Positions 12,767 through 25,329 of a DNA stretch of 64,000 nt are shown here, piece after piece. The notes under the pieces are model-generated. The model was given only the letters and a program-made list of their open reading frames with translations, searched no databases and was not told the DNA's origin. Position numbers and translations under genes: made by a program. How positions within the stretch are numbered: position 1 is the stretch's first letter; every line of letters starts with the position of its first letter. The stretch is from Octopus sinensis (taxonomy: Eukaryota), in contig NC_043003.1 of NCBI RefSeq assembly GCF_006345805.1, positions 117,304,001-117,368,000 of the forward strand, written 5' to 3'.

Positions 12767-13870
12767 TTTAATTTGATTTGATTTGATTCGATCTAGTTTC
12801 AGCTCATGAGCTGTGGCCATGCTGGGGCACCGCCATTTGGCGTTGCTACATAATTTTACTTCAGTAATTCTTTTTAGAAATTGACGTTTGGTGCATGATG
12901 GAGTTTGGTGCCGATGCCCTCATCTGCACTTCCTGCTGTAAAGTTGGTTCCTCTGGGACACTTGACACTAAGAGGTTTATTTTTATTTTGAAGACTCCTA
13001 CATCCACCTTTTGTAGGTCTTTCGGGTCTTTCGGGAGGATATTGAACAGCTGTGGGTCTTTAAAGTCCAAGCTGTTGCAATATCTTGTCCTATATCTTGA
13101 TGGCACATTTGGAGTCTTTTACACTATGTAGTGGCACCCAGTTCTAGCATTAGTGGAACTGTCGATGCCAGAGTTTCGGACAAGTCCCTCTAGGATCTTC
13201 CAGATGTATATTATGGCATATCTTTCCCGCCTACGCTCTAGGGAATAGAGTCTCAATCTGTTGAGTCTTTCCTAGTAGCTTATATGTTCCTTGTGTAACT
13301 TCGTTGGATTGCCTCGAGTTCTGCAATTAATTTTACACTGGTAAGTGACCATAACTGAGAGCAATAACCAAAGCGGCTAAGACCAAGTGTCCTCCAGAGG
13401 ACCATCATGGTTTCCTGATCCCTCGTTCTAAAAGTTCTAAGAATCCATCCAGTCAGCCGTCTACATTTCATTGCCAATTTAGCAACATGCATATGTAAGG
13501 ATGCATCATTACTCATGTAAATGCCCAGGTCTCGCACTGACTGTGCCTCTGGGATTGCAATCCCTCCAGGTCCAGTATATTTAGTTGGTATTGCATTTAG
13601 TTTTGCATGCTGATAGCCCAAGGCTTGAAACTTTTCAGCATTAAACTGCATATTTTTCTTCTCATCCCACTTGTATTTTTCAGCCAACACACAATGCAAT
13701 TGTATAGTGTCTTCAGAGTTCTGTATTACCTGTGAGACTTTTGTGTCATCTGCATAACTTGTGATCGTGGCTCTCTGCGTGGCTGAGGCATGCTCTGAGG
13801 GGAGCCATTATGAACAGTAGTGGTCCCAAAATAGTACTTTGCGGAACACCGCTCACTATTTGCGTGTCAT
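12767..13870 (-). mobile_element. 5'-truncated CR1/L2-group LINE (RT, 3' UTR, (CAAAT)n tail)
   Basis: SGVPQSTILGPLLF, SYADDTK, NMQFNAEKF, SVRDLGI, GWILRTFRTRD, YCSQLWS, LEAIQRSYT. 3' end GGCGGTGCCCCAGCATGGCCACAGCTCATGAGCTGAAACTAGAT followed by a short tandem tail. Confidence 0.9.
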
Positions 13871-14472
13871 TGGAGTCTCCTCCCAATCACACTACACCCT
13901 ACAAACACCAAAGGGACGTTTAGTAATATAGTCCTTCAAATAGATGGGTTGGCCATGATTGGGTTGACTTCGACTATAATTTTATTCCAGCAGTATAACC
14001 GTCTAAGCGATAACTACCTTCCTGGGAAATCAAAAGGAAAAACCAACGCTGAGAAGCGAACTCCTGTGTATTTATATATGTGTATAGATGTGTATATCTA
14101 CGTTTCTTTGCCTTTCTAGTGTGCATGTGAGCGTAGGTGTACGTGGCCACATGTATGTTTATCTGGAGGTAAGTGTTACTGGATGTATATTATATGTACG
14201 CACAATCCACAAACGTGCTTTCGTCCATATAAGCGTTTAGATGTCTTTGAATTTTATATTTTACATCTTAAATCAGAGAAAAATATGCGTATACACATAT
14301 AGAAGACATACACGTGCACACATACGTATATATACCATGGCATGATATAAGTGTATACACATCTCGTACCTGTACCTGTATACGCATATGTACATATGTT
14401 TATACACACCTAATGGTTATTTAGTTCTCCGAGGAAAATGTACATGTATATGTATGTATACGTATATATTAC

Positions 14473-14515
<43 letters not shown>

Positions 14516-14874
14516 CACGCACATACACATAAATGTATGCAATGGAATTCGTAATGACGTACATATCACTGCATGCACAAACACAGTCATTCGCAGACAT
14601 ACACATATACACACATGTATACGTACATAACTGCGTGTGCGTGAGTGAGCGTGTGTGCACTTGTAAGCGTGTGTGAATATATGAAGAGATAGGTCTGTGA
14701 GTTGTGTGTATATATCCTGAATACTGTAAAAGCTTGTCTAATTTTAAAATTAATTTTCATTAACAAGTAAATTACTTTTAGCCCGAAATTGACTTCAGTA
14801 CGTTATTGGATTTTCTCGGAGCGAAACAAAATTAAAAGTACGCCTGAGATATTGAGAAAGAGAAAAATATATAG

Positions 14875-14967
14875 AGAGAGAGAGACAGAGAGAGAGAGAC
14901 AGAGAGAGAGAGGGGGTGAGAGAGAGAGAGTGAGAGAGAGAGAGAGAGGGAGTGAGAGAGAGAGTGG

Positions 14968-15003
<36 letters not shown>

Positions 15004-15050
15004 GAAAGAGAGAGAAAAGTGTGTGAGAGAGAGGAGAGAATGAGATAGAC
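14875..15050. repeat. (GA)n microsatellite
   Basis: Direct reading. Confidence 0.95.
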
Positions 15051-15846
15051 AGATGGTGGTGCATTGAAGTAAAAGATGGAAACACTATGTGAGGAATCGA
15101 TTATCTTAAATCTCTCGAACCATCTAGAGGCCAGATAATCGATTCGTTTAATCAGTTCATCAAATCTGAACAATATAGCTATGTTACTTTATTTTTATTT
15201 CAAAAATGTACGAGAAAAGTTTATAGAAATATCAAGAACATTTTGGACAACAATCCTATGTACGATTCCACTATCTGATGGTTTGTGTTTTTATTTTATA
15301 AATATTAGGTAATGTGAAATATTATTTGTGATGAGTTGTTTCTGTTGCCATTGATGCTGTTATTGCTGTCGTTTTGTTTTGGGCCGAAAGTCGGACTGGG
15401 TCGAGTAGACCTATGACCGTCCTGTCTATACCCAATGATTTAAAACCTTATCTTGATTCGACTTTGTTTTTTATTTTAATTTTGTACGGCCGTTCATATA
15501 AAATGCCAGATTCGTAACTATAACCATACAATAAAGACCTTAGTTACAGGTAATAAGACTCGTACCTACTGCTTCTAATACTATTAATTCTAATAACTGA
15601 CCATATTTACACTATTTTCACGGAGCCTTAGTTTTAATGACCTATGATGATGGTTGTAATTATATATAATTTACAATTTAGTGACTTTTATCGATGTGCT
15701 TTTGGCCTTCGGTGGTAGCTTTATGATCTTCGCTTTATTCTCCCTGGTTATGGCCTTTATAATCCTTTATAATGCTTATAAATTCTTTAACATTTATAGC
15801 CTTTTAATTCTTATAAATTCTTTTCACATTTTCTTACACTCCCTAT

Positions 15847-16227
15847 GTGGTACTCAGTCGGTTGCGACGACGAGGTTCCAGTTGATCCGATCAACAGAAC
15901 AGCCTGCTCGTGAAATTAACGTGCAAGTGGCTGAGCACTCCACAGACACGTGTACCCTTAACGTAGTTCTCGGGAAGATTCAGTGTGACACAGTGTGTGA
16001 CAAGGTTGGCTCTTCGAAATACAGGTACAACAGAAACAGGAAGAAAGAATGAGAAAAAGTTGTGGTGAATGAGTACAGCAGGGTTCGCCAACACCCCCTG
16101 CCGGAGCCTCGTGGTGCTTTAGGCGTTTTCGCTCAATAAACACTCACAACACCCGGTCTGGGCATCGAAACCGCTATCCTACGACCGTGTGTCCACTGCC
16201 ATAACCACTGGGCCATTGCACCTCCAC
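15847..16227 (-). mobile_element. SINE group C (body C + tail i), full, with 11-bp TSD
   Basis: TSD ACACTCCCTAT at 15836-15846 and 16228-16238. tRNA-like head tggaggtgcaatggcccagtggtta..ggtttcgatgcc. Confidence 0.92.
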
Positions 16228-19200
16228 ACACTCCCTATAATTTTAAATTATTGTAATCTGATCCATCAATGTAATCTGCATGAATTTCATTGATTTGCTT
16301 CGTTCTCTACAGTAGCGTGATAATAATATTCGTTATTAGAATCGTTTAGTGGCATCTTCAGGTGAGACATGTCTTTTAATTATTCTTCCTTCCACTCTCT
16401 TGATTGACTGATTAGTGATTACAGTTCCACCCATTTTACAATTCTTAAACGTTGCTAAAACTGATTCGGAATTTCATTTGTCCACGAACGGTTGATTCAT
16501 CAGCGTGCCGCTGATCGCTGGTTCATTTGCTAAGCCTGATGAGTTGGGAGTTGCATAATGTGTTACGTAATCTAATGTATGTTTTGCATTCTACATAGTT
16601 GACTATACCATGTTTACGTCACAATTATAGCAGTGACTGAGAAGCCATTTGTCTATTTCTATTATGCTTTTACGCCAAACTTATGGCTCCATGTATCTTT
16701 GGATATTAAAAGAAGTTGCTATGGTAATGGATTAATTCACTACCATTACTTGCGTCATTGTCTCAATGCATTAATTGTGGTGTGCTTCACTTTGATGTTC
16801 TTAGGTACTTAATGGATACCCTTTAATCATATATATGTATGTGTATGTGTATAAACATACCCCGTAAATTACAAATCAAACCCATCTCGGAAGAACCAGA
16901 AGAACAAAGAAAACTTAGAGAAAAAATGTCATTAGAAAAAATGAAGATGGAAATAGAACTACTTAAGCTGAGAGCTAAAACGAATGAAGAAAAAGTAAAA
17001 ACCATAGACGAGGAAATCAACGAAGAAGTCATCAAACTAATAGACGACAACAATACTGAAACATTAACAGCACTATGAATGAAGAATGTGAAAAAGAGGA
17101 ACTTAAGTCCCTCCAACGATGGGAAAAGCGCGCCATCTGGTTTCTAGATTATGAAACCAACTCAACTTCAAAAATGAACACATATCCAAACACCCCTTCA
17201 TAAAATTAAGCAAATCAAAACCAAATACCATAGAACGGAACAACCACCAAGAAATCCGACACACTCTACACACAAAAAGTACACCTAAAACACACCCCAC
17301 ACTACCTACACCAACCCCAAAACACCTACAGAGGCCCACCACACCAGTTCGAAAATAGACAATACCAACAGAGCAGAACAACCACCAAGAAATCCAAACA
17401 CACTCTACACACCAGAAAAATGCATTTAAAACGCACCCCACACTACCTACACTACACAACCCCAAAACACTTATAGGGTCCACCACACCATTCACGAACC
17501 TAAGGGCCACAACATACAATACTATAAAATACAACCCACATAACCAAACCAAAACGCTACTACCAAACATCCACCCCAGGAACCAACCATACAACCATAA
17601 CAAACAACAAATGCACTACGGAGGAAACAACTACCAACACAATACACCTGAGAACTAAGACGTAACACTAGGTTCAACAGACAACACCACAGAACAGAGC
17701 ACCACAAACTCACTCTGACAATTATAACAACATGAGACAGATAAATAATAGCTTTGACATAACTACACCAACCATTTTTTAGACCCCACACACAGGAACA
17801 GGGACACACGATGGCAAAGGACAAACAAAAGAAACCTCAGGTAATTAAGATAATCAATCTCTCAAACAAAGAACTTACACCTAACGAAATAAGCATACTC
17901 TCCAAGGACTTAAATTTACACCCACCCCACAACGTTCTAATTATTATGAAATGAAAGATGATATTTCGGAATTTTGCAGAAAACTAAGACTCACCGAGGC
18001 ATTTCAAGACAAACAAATAGAGGAGGACTCAATAGCTAGAAACAAGAGCAATTACACCCCCACCAAAGGTAAGAATAAAGCCTTAGACCGCTATTGTGAC
18101 TACATAACTAATTTCCCGTTTCAATTCATCAAGAAACAAAAACACAGCCCTAACTTCAACAAAAGAGAATGGAACGACCTCATCAAACTAAGAGAAGACA
18201 AAACAATAACAATTAAGGAGGCAGATAAGGGCAACGCGATAGTAATAATGAATACAAACAATTATAAAAATTTAGTGCTATCCCTATTAAGAGATGAAAC
18301 GTATTATGAAAGGGCCCAACAGTATAACCAGCAAAAAATAATGCATAACCTTAGGACATTAATCAACACATACCAAGAAGGACTCACGAACAAGGAGTAT
18401 GAATACATCACTAACTTCAAATGCAAATCGAGTTTGTTCTATGGTATCCCTAAGGTACACAAAAGCCAAACCATTAGAGAAACGTGCAAAACATCCACCG
18501 ACACACTCATCAAAATCCCTTCACCAAATGATCTTAAACTAAGACCGATAATAGCAGGGCCAGCATGTGAAACTCACCGCCTCAGCAATTTCTTAGACCA
18601 CACTTCTTAACCCTACCCTAAAACACATCAAAAGCTACGTAAGAGACGATATAGATATGCTCAACCCACCTCCCTAAAACAGTCAATGAGAAAACCCTTC
18701 TAGTATCATTCGACGTAGTTAATCTTTATTCTAACATCCCTCACACACCTAGGAATAGAAGCAATCACCTTCTGGCTGAATAACTACCCCTTTGAACTCC
18801 CAACTCGCATAAACAAAGACCTTATAATAGAAGGACTTAGATTCATTTTAGAGAACAATTATTTTATTTTTGACAATGATTTCTACAGCAAAGATCGGGA
18901 ACAGCGATGGGCACGCGTACTGCACCATCTTTTGCCAACCTAGTGATGGGATACCTCGAGAAATACTATATACCGGATGACACTCGAGAAATATGGAAAC
19001 ACCTTCGCCACCTATATCCATAACAACTGGAAAAAATACCTCGATGACTGTTTCATCATCTGGGACAAAGGCATAGAGAAACTTGAGGAATTTAAAATTC
19101 TATTAAATGGAATAAATGACAATATACAATTCACGATGGACCACAACGAAAAAGAATTACCATTTTTAGACATCCTCATTAAGAAAACCGGCAACAAAAT

Positions 19201-20273
19201 AGAGACAGATATCTACTATAAACCGACAGACTCTAAACAGTACCTACCCTTTGATTCATGCCACCCACGACACACTAGAATGAATGTCCCTTTTTGTTTA
19301 GCTAGAAGGATTTGCACCATAATATCAGACACAAACACCCGACACACACGTCTCCAGGAACTTAGAACCACACTCACAAATAGAACTATCCACAGCCCCT
19401 AATAGACAGTGCAATCCAAGGGTACTTAAATTAAGTATAGAAGACCTGAGACAAACAAAACCAAAAAAGAAAGAACAATTAAAAACCCTTCCCTACATCT
19501 CTACACACAACCCACTCAACAATGAGGCCTTCAACACCATACTACAAAGCACAGCCCTACTAAAGGGAGACCAAAGATGAACCGGATCCTCGAAACACAC
19601 ACCATCATTAAAAGTAAACGGCAACCAAAATCCTTGAAAAGGATTTTAACCAAGCCACACTGCACTCAACATCAACCACAAAACCAGCAGTTAGAAAATG
19701 TGGAAGGCCCAACTGCGGAATCTGTGTCATCTTGAAAGAAGGATCAGAATTTATACTGGAACAAGGCCACCAGTTCACCATTAGAACAAACTTCACCACT
19801 GCGCATCAGAAAACTTAATTTACGTCATAACATGCGCAGGCTGCAATAGGCAGTATATAGGCCATACAAAAAATAGCTTACGTAACAGGATGGCGGTGCA
19901 TAAATCACAAATTAGAAACCCTGATTACCGCAAAATACCGGTCAGCGGACACATAGATAGATGTGCTGGAAATGTAAATCCGAAATTTACAACTAACCCG
20001 CTCTATAAATTCAGTGACAACGCAACCTTCACACAACGCCAAAATAAAGAACTATATTTCATAAAAAATTTAGATCAAGTTTAAACACCCTGGGCCAGAA
20101 TACTAAAACAAAAGATAAGTCCTCCGAAAGGAGAACCAAATTTCACCACGGCCGCTACTTCAAACAGACACTCACTCTGACGGAAATATGCCTTAGTAAA
20201 AAAGGAAAAAAATTCTTTCGTGCAAATCTGACCCTGATACATACGATACAGCTAAGGGTCAGACCCGATTCTG

Positions 20274-20644
20274 ATTGGTCAACAAGTTGATGACGTCTAG
20301 CTCTGCTAGAATGGACAGGATACAAACAGGGGACAGTCATTAGTCAGAATATTGGTGACGTCCTTTTCTGCTTGAATAGTCACCTAACAAGTACAGACAG
20401 GGGGCAGATCTAATGTAGCTATAAGTCGTGATTGGGCAGAATCTGGATGACGTCCTGCTATGCTTGACTAACGAAGCGACTGGTCAAGACAGGAAACAAA
20501 CAAGAGGGAGTTATAATGCAGCGATTGGTCAAAATAATGATGACGTCCCGTTCCACTTGATTAAAGCCACCTAACGAAACGATTGGTCAAAACATTGATG
20601 ACGTCACGCTACGCTAGATTGACCACCTAACAGGCATTATAAAA
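20274..20644 (+). promoter_or_regulatory. Putative Pol II promoter in PLE pseudo-LTR: 5 x [ATTGG-N12-TGACGTC] + TATAAAA
   Basis: ATTGG at 20274, 20431, 20524 and 20582, and ATTAG at 20339; each is followed exactly 12 nt later by TGACGTC (20291, 20356, 20448, 20541, 20599). TATAAAA at 20638-20644. Confidence 0.7.
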
Positions 20645-20693
20645 CCGAGCATTTCACAAAAACCACTAAACCACCACCCAGCGAACTTCCACC

Positions 20694-20716
20694 ATGGGTC
20701 ATCACAATTGCTTAAG
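20694..20716 (+). other. Putative first mini-exon of PLE (Kozak ATG + splice donor)
   Basis: CCACCATGG at 20689-20697, encodes MGHHNCL, donor AAG|GTAAAA at 20717. Confidence 0.5.
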
Positions 20717-20987
20717 GTAAAAATGAATTCCTCGCTCTTTCGGAAACATCAATCTTCTGTATTGACCGCTTTCCACCACTTTGATCTGTTTTTTGTATTG
20801 AATACGTATCGCCACCGTGGGCCACTGCATCGAACACTTTGAACATATACTTCAAACTATATATCAACTGTACATGAACTATATATCAACTATACATGAA
20901 CTCTAAGATGTCTGACTCCGTTGTGTATTATAAATGAATTTCTTGTGTTTGACGGCATGAGCTCTCTTTTTATATATATAACTTTTT

Positions 20988-21021
20988 TTGATAAGGTTCA
21001 TTTCAGGAACTGAAACATGTT
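20988..21021 (+). ncRNA. Degenerate minimal hammerhead ribozyme motif in PLE pseudo-LTR
   Basis: TTGATAA-GGTTC-atttcag-GAACT-GAAAC-ATGT-T. Core is mutated from CUGAUGA; stem II (5 bp) and palindromic ACATGT stem III are retained. Confidence 0.45.
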
Positions 21022-21131
21022 ATAATGTATATATAAAAATTAAAAATTGTATAATACAGCAGCATTTTCGAACTTCATTTTTTACAAATATATATATATA
21101 TATATATAGATAGATAGATAGATAGATATAT

Positions 21132-21187
<56 letters not shown>

Positions 21188-21356
21188 TATATATATTATC
21201 TGTAAATGTAATATGTGACAATTAATCGGTGGCCAAGATAAAACTGTGGGGTTTTTTGGGCTACCGAATAATTGTCACATATTACATTAACAGATAAATT
21301 CCTCTATTTACATAATATTGAAGTCTCTTTCTTTCTTTTATCTTACCGTTTTACCA

Positions 21357-21388
<32 letters not shown>

Positions 21389-21464
21389 ATATATAAATAT
21401 ATGCATATATACATACATATATGTACATACCTACATATATATATGCATATATACATGCATATAT

Positions 21465-21800
21465 GGGTACAGGAGATAAAAAAAAACGTTGAACACAATG
21501 AGAAACGAAAACATAAAAATAAAAACATAGAAACGAACTTTTTTTTTCGAACAACGAAAAAAATAGAGAAACGAGACATACAACATAAAGAATATTCCCT
21601 TATTCAGTTGTCGCTGTTTTATCTACTCCGCGTTACGAAGGCCAGGGCACGACGCGGCTTCATTGAAACAATCCTTCCCGCAAAGTAAATTACTTTGCGG
21701 AGGGTGAAAGGGGTAACAAGAACAGGACAGTGAGAACAAAACAGTAAAACAATCGGTGAGGGCTGTTAAGCCAAGATGATAGAAAAATTATTATGAACGC
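21465..21800. repeat. Probable interspersed repeat inserted in (TA)n, with a 10-bp perfect hairpin
   Basis: CCGCAAAGTA-AAT-TACTTTGCGG (21678-21700) and a CCGCGT/ACGCGG stem. Family not identified. Confidence 0.35.
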
Positions 21801-22544
21801 TAGGAAGACGAGCTTATGAAGGAGACAGTATAAGCACGTTTTGTCTTTATGAAGCTAGTGGTCAGAAAGATAGAAGCTCTATGCATGTATGTATATTTAT
21901 ATTATGGGATATATATGTGTGTGTGTGTGTGTGTGTTTGTGTGTACCAATAGGATCGCAATGTCTATGTTAATGCAGGTATACTTATATTTATTTTTATA
22001 TAGGATTGGTCAGGACGAATTGGCCTTCACAGGTCAATGTGGTCCATGTCCCTGTCTTGAACTGTAGCAAACTTCTTCGGCTACAGAAAACAATATGCAA
22101 AGTGAGACATTCAGAGGGACGAGGGTGAAGTGGTTAGCGTCCATCTTTGAATAGGCCGGATACAATAAGGATTACACAGAGAAGAATGGTGAATAGTGGA
22201 AACTACCTGGAAATTGGTGACATAAGACCAGCCAGCTCAGAAAAGCAGAGGCAAACGTAGTTCTGGTAGAAAGGACTGAGAGAGGACACAGTTTGTTTGT
22301 GAACCAGATATTGTAATGTGTTGGTGATAACAATCAAACGAGTAGCCATGATTGTACGTAGTTTAGGATACCTGTATTAGTAGCAGCAACACCGTTCTAA
22401 ATGCGAAACTGCATTCCACTATATATCTCATCTGAACTTTGTAAAGAAGAGGTGGGTAACTGAAGAATTTTTTCTATCTCTGGAATGAAAGGCCAGTCGT
22501 TGTGAATCGGTCATTGTTGCGTTGAAGGTACGTGATATATTTGT

Positions 22545-22614
22545 GTGTGTGTGCGTGTGTGTGTGTATATATATATATTTGTATGTATATATATATACAT
22601 ATATGTATATATAC

Positions 22615-22711
<97 letters not shown>

Positions 22712-22780
22712 ATATATTATATATGAATGTATATGTATATAGTATAATATATATATATATATATATGCATGTACACCTAT
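22545..22780. repeat. (TG)n/(TA)n microsatellite
   Basis: Direct reading. Confidence 0.95.
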
Positions 22781-23213
22781 AAAATATGTATGCAACCACG
22801 CAAACACACATAGAGACATATTTATGTGTGTGTATATAAGTGAGAATATATATATACCCACATACATACATATATGGCGTCTGTCAATATGTTAATGCGT
22901 GTTTGTGTAGGTGTCTAATGCGTACATATTTGGATGTGCTCCTTTATGTGTGTGTGTGTGTGTGCGTGTGTGCCTGTAGGTGTGTGTGGGTGTGTGTATG
23001 TATGTGAATATATTAATATCTGCATACGTGTATCTGCGTGGATGGATGGTCCTATGTGTGAAATAAATAAATAGTTTAACAGTTTATTTATGAGTTCCTA
23101 TTACTCTCGCTTCCTTGTGGCAAAATCCAATTACTGTGGAACAACATATCGATTTTAAACATATCATCAATATTGCTCCTGCTGCCTCTCGTGCTGCAGC
23201 CGTTACGCAGCTA

Positions 23214-23245
<32 letters not shown>

Positions 23246-23871
23246 GCTGTTGTATCTCTCGTGGTCGTCGTCGTTGGCGTTGTTGTCTGCGGCGCTGTTG
23301 TCGTTCTTTTTCTTGGTGCTGTTTGTCTATTACTTATACATATGAAGACACTTCTTCTACCGATTCTGCTATCATTATTGCTGTTATTCTTCTTGTTGCT
23401 CTTGTTGTTGTCTTTATAACTGTTGGGAACACTGTTAGTATTTTTGTTGTGTTTGCTTTCACTGTCTGTGATTTTTTTATCGTCTTTTTTTTTGGTGTGA
23501 TATTTGGTGTTTTATTGATATATTCTTCATGAAAATTTTACTGTAGACGTTGCTTCTCTTTTTTTTCTTTTTGTTCCTTTTATATTGTGGCTCGCAAGGC
23601 TGTCGTTGATTTGACGCTCATCCCTAACCATTGAGAAAACACATTATAAAAAGCGCTGCAGACATGAAGCCCAGACTTTTACAATTGGACGTGGAATTCA
23701 GTACAGCATTATTTAGCCTTTCTTAGTAGAAGACGTTGGGGATGGGGGGTAGAATCGGTGTGAGTGTTGGCGGTCATTCTTTGTATGTCCGTTGACTAAT
23801 CACAGCTTCGTCATTGTTGGTATCGTTGCGATTTGTCAGAGCCCTGAACGAGCATAAAAAATTTTTTTCTA

Positions 23872-24258
23872 CTCTAGTCACAAGGCCCGAAATTTTGGGG
23901 GAGGGAACCAGTCCATTAGATCGACCCCAGTGCACAACTGGTACTTAATTTATCGACCCTGAAAGGATGAAAGGCAAAGTCAACCTCGGCGGAATTTGAA
24001 CTCAGAACGTAAAGACAGAAGAAATACCTATTTCTTTATTACCCACAAGGGGCTAAACATAGAGGAGACAAACAAGGACAGACAAACGGATTAAGTCGAT
24101 TACATCGACCCCAGTGCGTACCTGGTACTTAATTTATCGTCGCCGAAAGGATGAAAGGCAAAGTCGACCTCGGCGGGATTTGAACTCAGAACGTAACGGC
24201 AGGCAAAACACCGCTAAGCATTTCGCCCGGCGTGTTAACGTTTCTGCCAGCTCGCCGC
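23872..24258 (-). mobile_element. SINE group A dimer: full A1 unit + headless unit with A2 tail
   Basis: Junction GAAATAGGTATTTC (24021-24036). The second unit ends in ...aaatttcgggccttgtgactagagtagaaaa, like the 44172 copy. Confidence 0.88.
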
Positions 24259-24817
24259 TTTCGAACATAGAAATATTATCAAATGTATTCCGGCCATGAC
24301 CCATCAACTTCCAATTCAAACGTTGTCTACCTAGGATTATGGCATTAATTCTTTACCTCGATTCCGCACTTCCATGTTATTGCTATACAGAAATTCCTCT
24401 CGTACTTCTGTTTAAAGTAACCAATCGCGTGACCCACATCTCTGCTAATTCTTCATCATTCCACTCCTATCTCCTTTCCTAAGTTCTTCACCTGAATATC
24501 TAATCTATGCAATTTTCTTTTTCCGTGTTTTTTTCCCAAAAATATGATCCTAATCCTTTGAAATCATACGTTGAACGTTTTATTATTATTATTAAAACTG
24601 CGTCTCATTAATTTTTACTTTCCTTTTCTGTAGAAATTCCCAACAATTAAATGCTTGCTTCAACATTGTTTCAGTACTGACTGCTTTGGAATCGACTTCC
24701 AATATACATGTGTGTGTATGTGTGTGTGTGTGTATGTGTGTGTGCGCGCGTGTGTATACCTTTGTGTGTTGGGTTCATGTACGTATGTTTACAGAACTCA
24801 TTTCAAATACATGCTAT

Positions 24818-25217
24818 GTAGGTGCCAGTAGTGATTGTGTGGTAAGAAGTTTGGTTCCCAACTACAAGATTCCAGCTTCAATCCCTCTGCAAGACAGCCC
24901 CAGCAAGTGTCTTCTACTCTAGCCTCGGACCAGCCAAAGACTTGTGAATGGATTTGGTAGGCGGAAACTGAAAGAATAATTGTGTATATGTGTGTGCGCG
25001 TGTGTGAATGTGTTTGCCCCGTACACCTATGTTTGTCCCCTACAACCTGTGTTACTGTGTTTACGTCCTCATAACCTAGCGTTTCAGCGAAAAGACCCAA
25101 TAGATTAAGTACCAGGCTTTAAATATGTTCTGGGGTCGATTTGTTCGACTAAATTTCTCCAGGGCTACTCCAGCATGGCCGCTGTCTAATGACTGCAACA
25201 TGTAAATGATAAAAGAC
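24818..25217 (+). mobile_element. SINE group B, older diverged copy
   Basis: Recognisable head, aaactgaaagaa core and ..ccagcatggccgc..aatgactg tail. Confidence 0.8.
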
Positions 25218-25329
25218 AAAAAAAAAAAGATATTACAAACAAAAAGAGGAAAAAAGTTCAATTCCGTGGAAAAAACTTGCTGAATCTTCAAAAATAAATA
25301 AGAACTTTTATATTCAATTCGTCCATTCT

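Larger units (their letters stand above)
16850..21085 (+). mobile_element. Long Penelope-like element (Neptune-type, Cys linker) with 3' pseudo-LTR; ORF broken
   Basis: IKEADKGNAIVIM, KLRPIIAGPACET, YLDDCFIIW, YYKPTDSKQYLPFDSCHP, CGRPNCGIC linker, LIYVITCAGCNRQYIG..RNRMAVHKSQI (GIY-YIG). Several frameshifts. Ends in (TA)n. Confidence 0.92.

Noticed and set aside
16313-16361. Segment with excellent acceptor and CAG|GTGAGA donor
   Set aside because: Stops in all three frames; could only be a non-coding exon, and there is no other support.
21545-21612. Minus-strand CTGAATA...GAAA possible hammerhead
   Set aside because: The core is mutated and no convincing stem II forms.
23115-23532. 76- and 119-aa hydrophobic/Cys-rich ORFs
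   Set aside because: Derived from degenerate (CTG)/(GTT) repeats.
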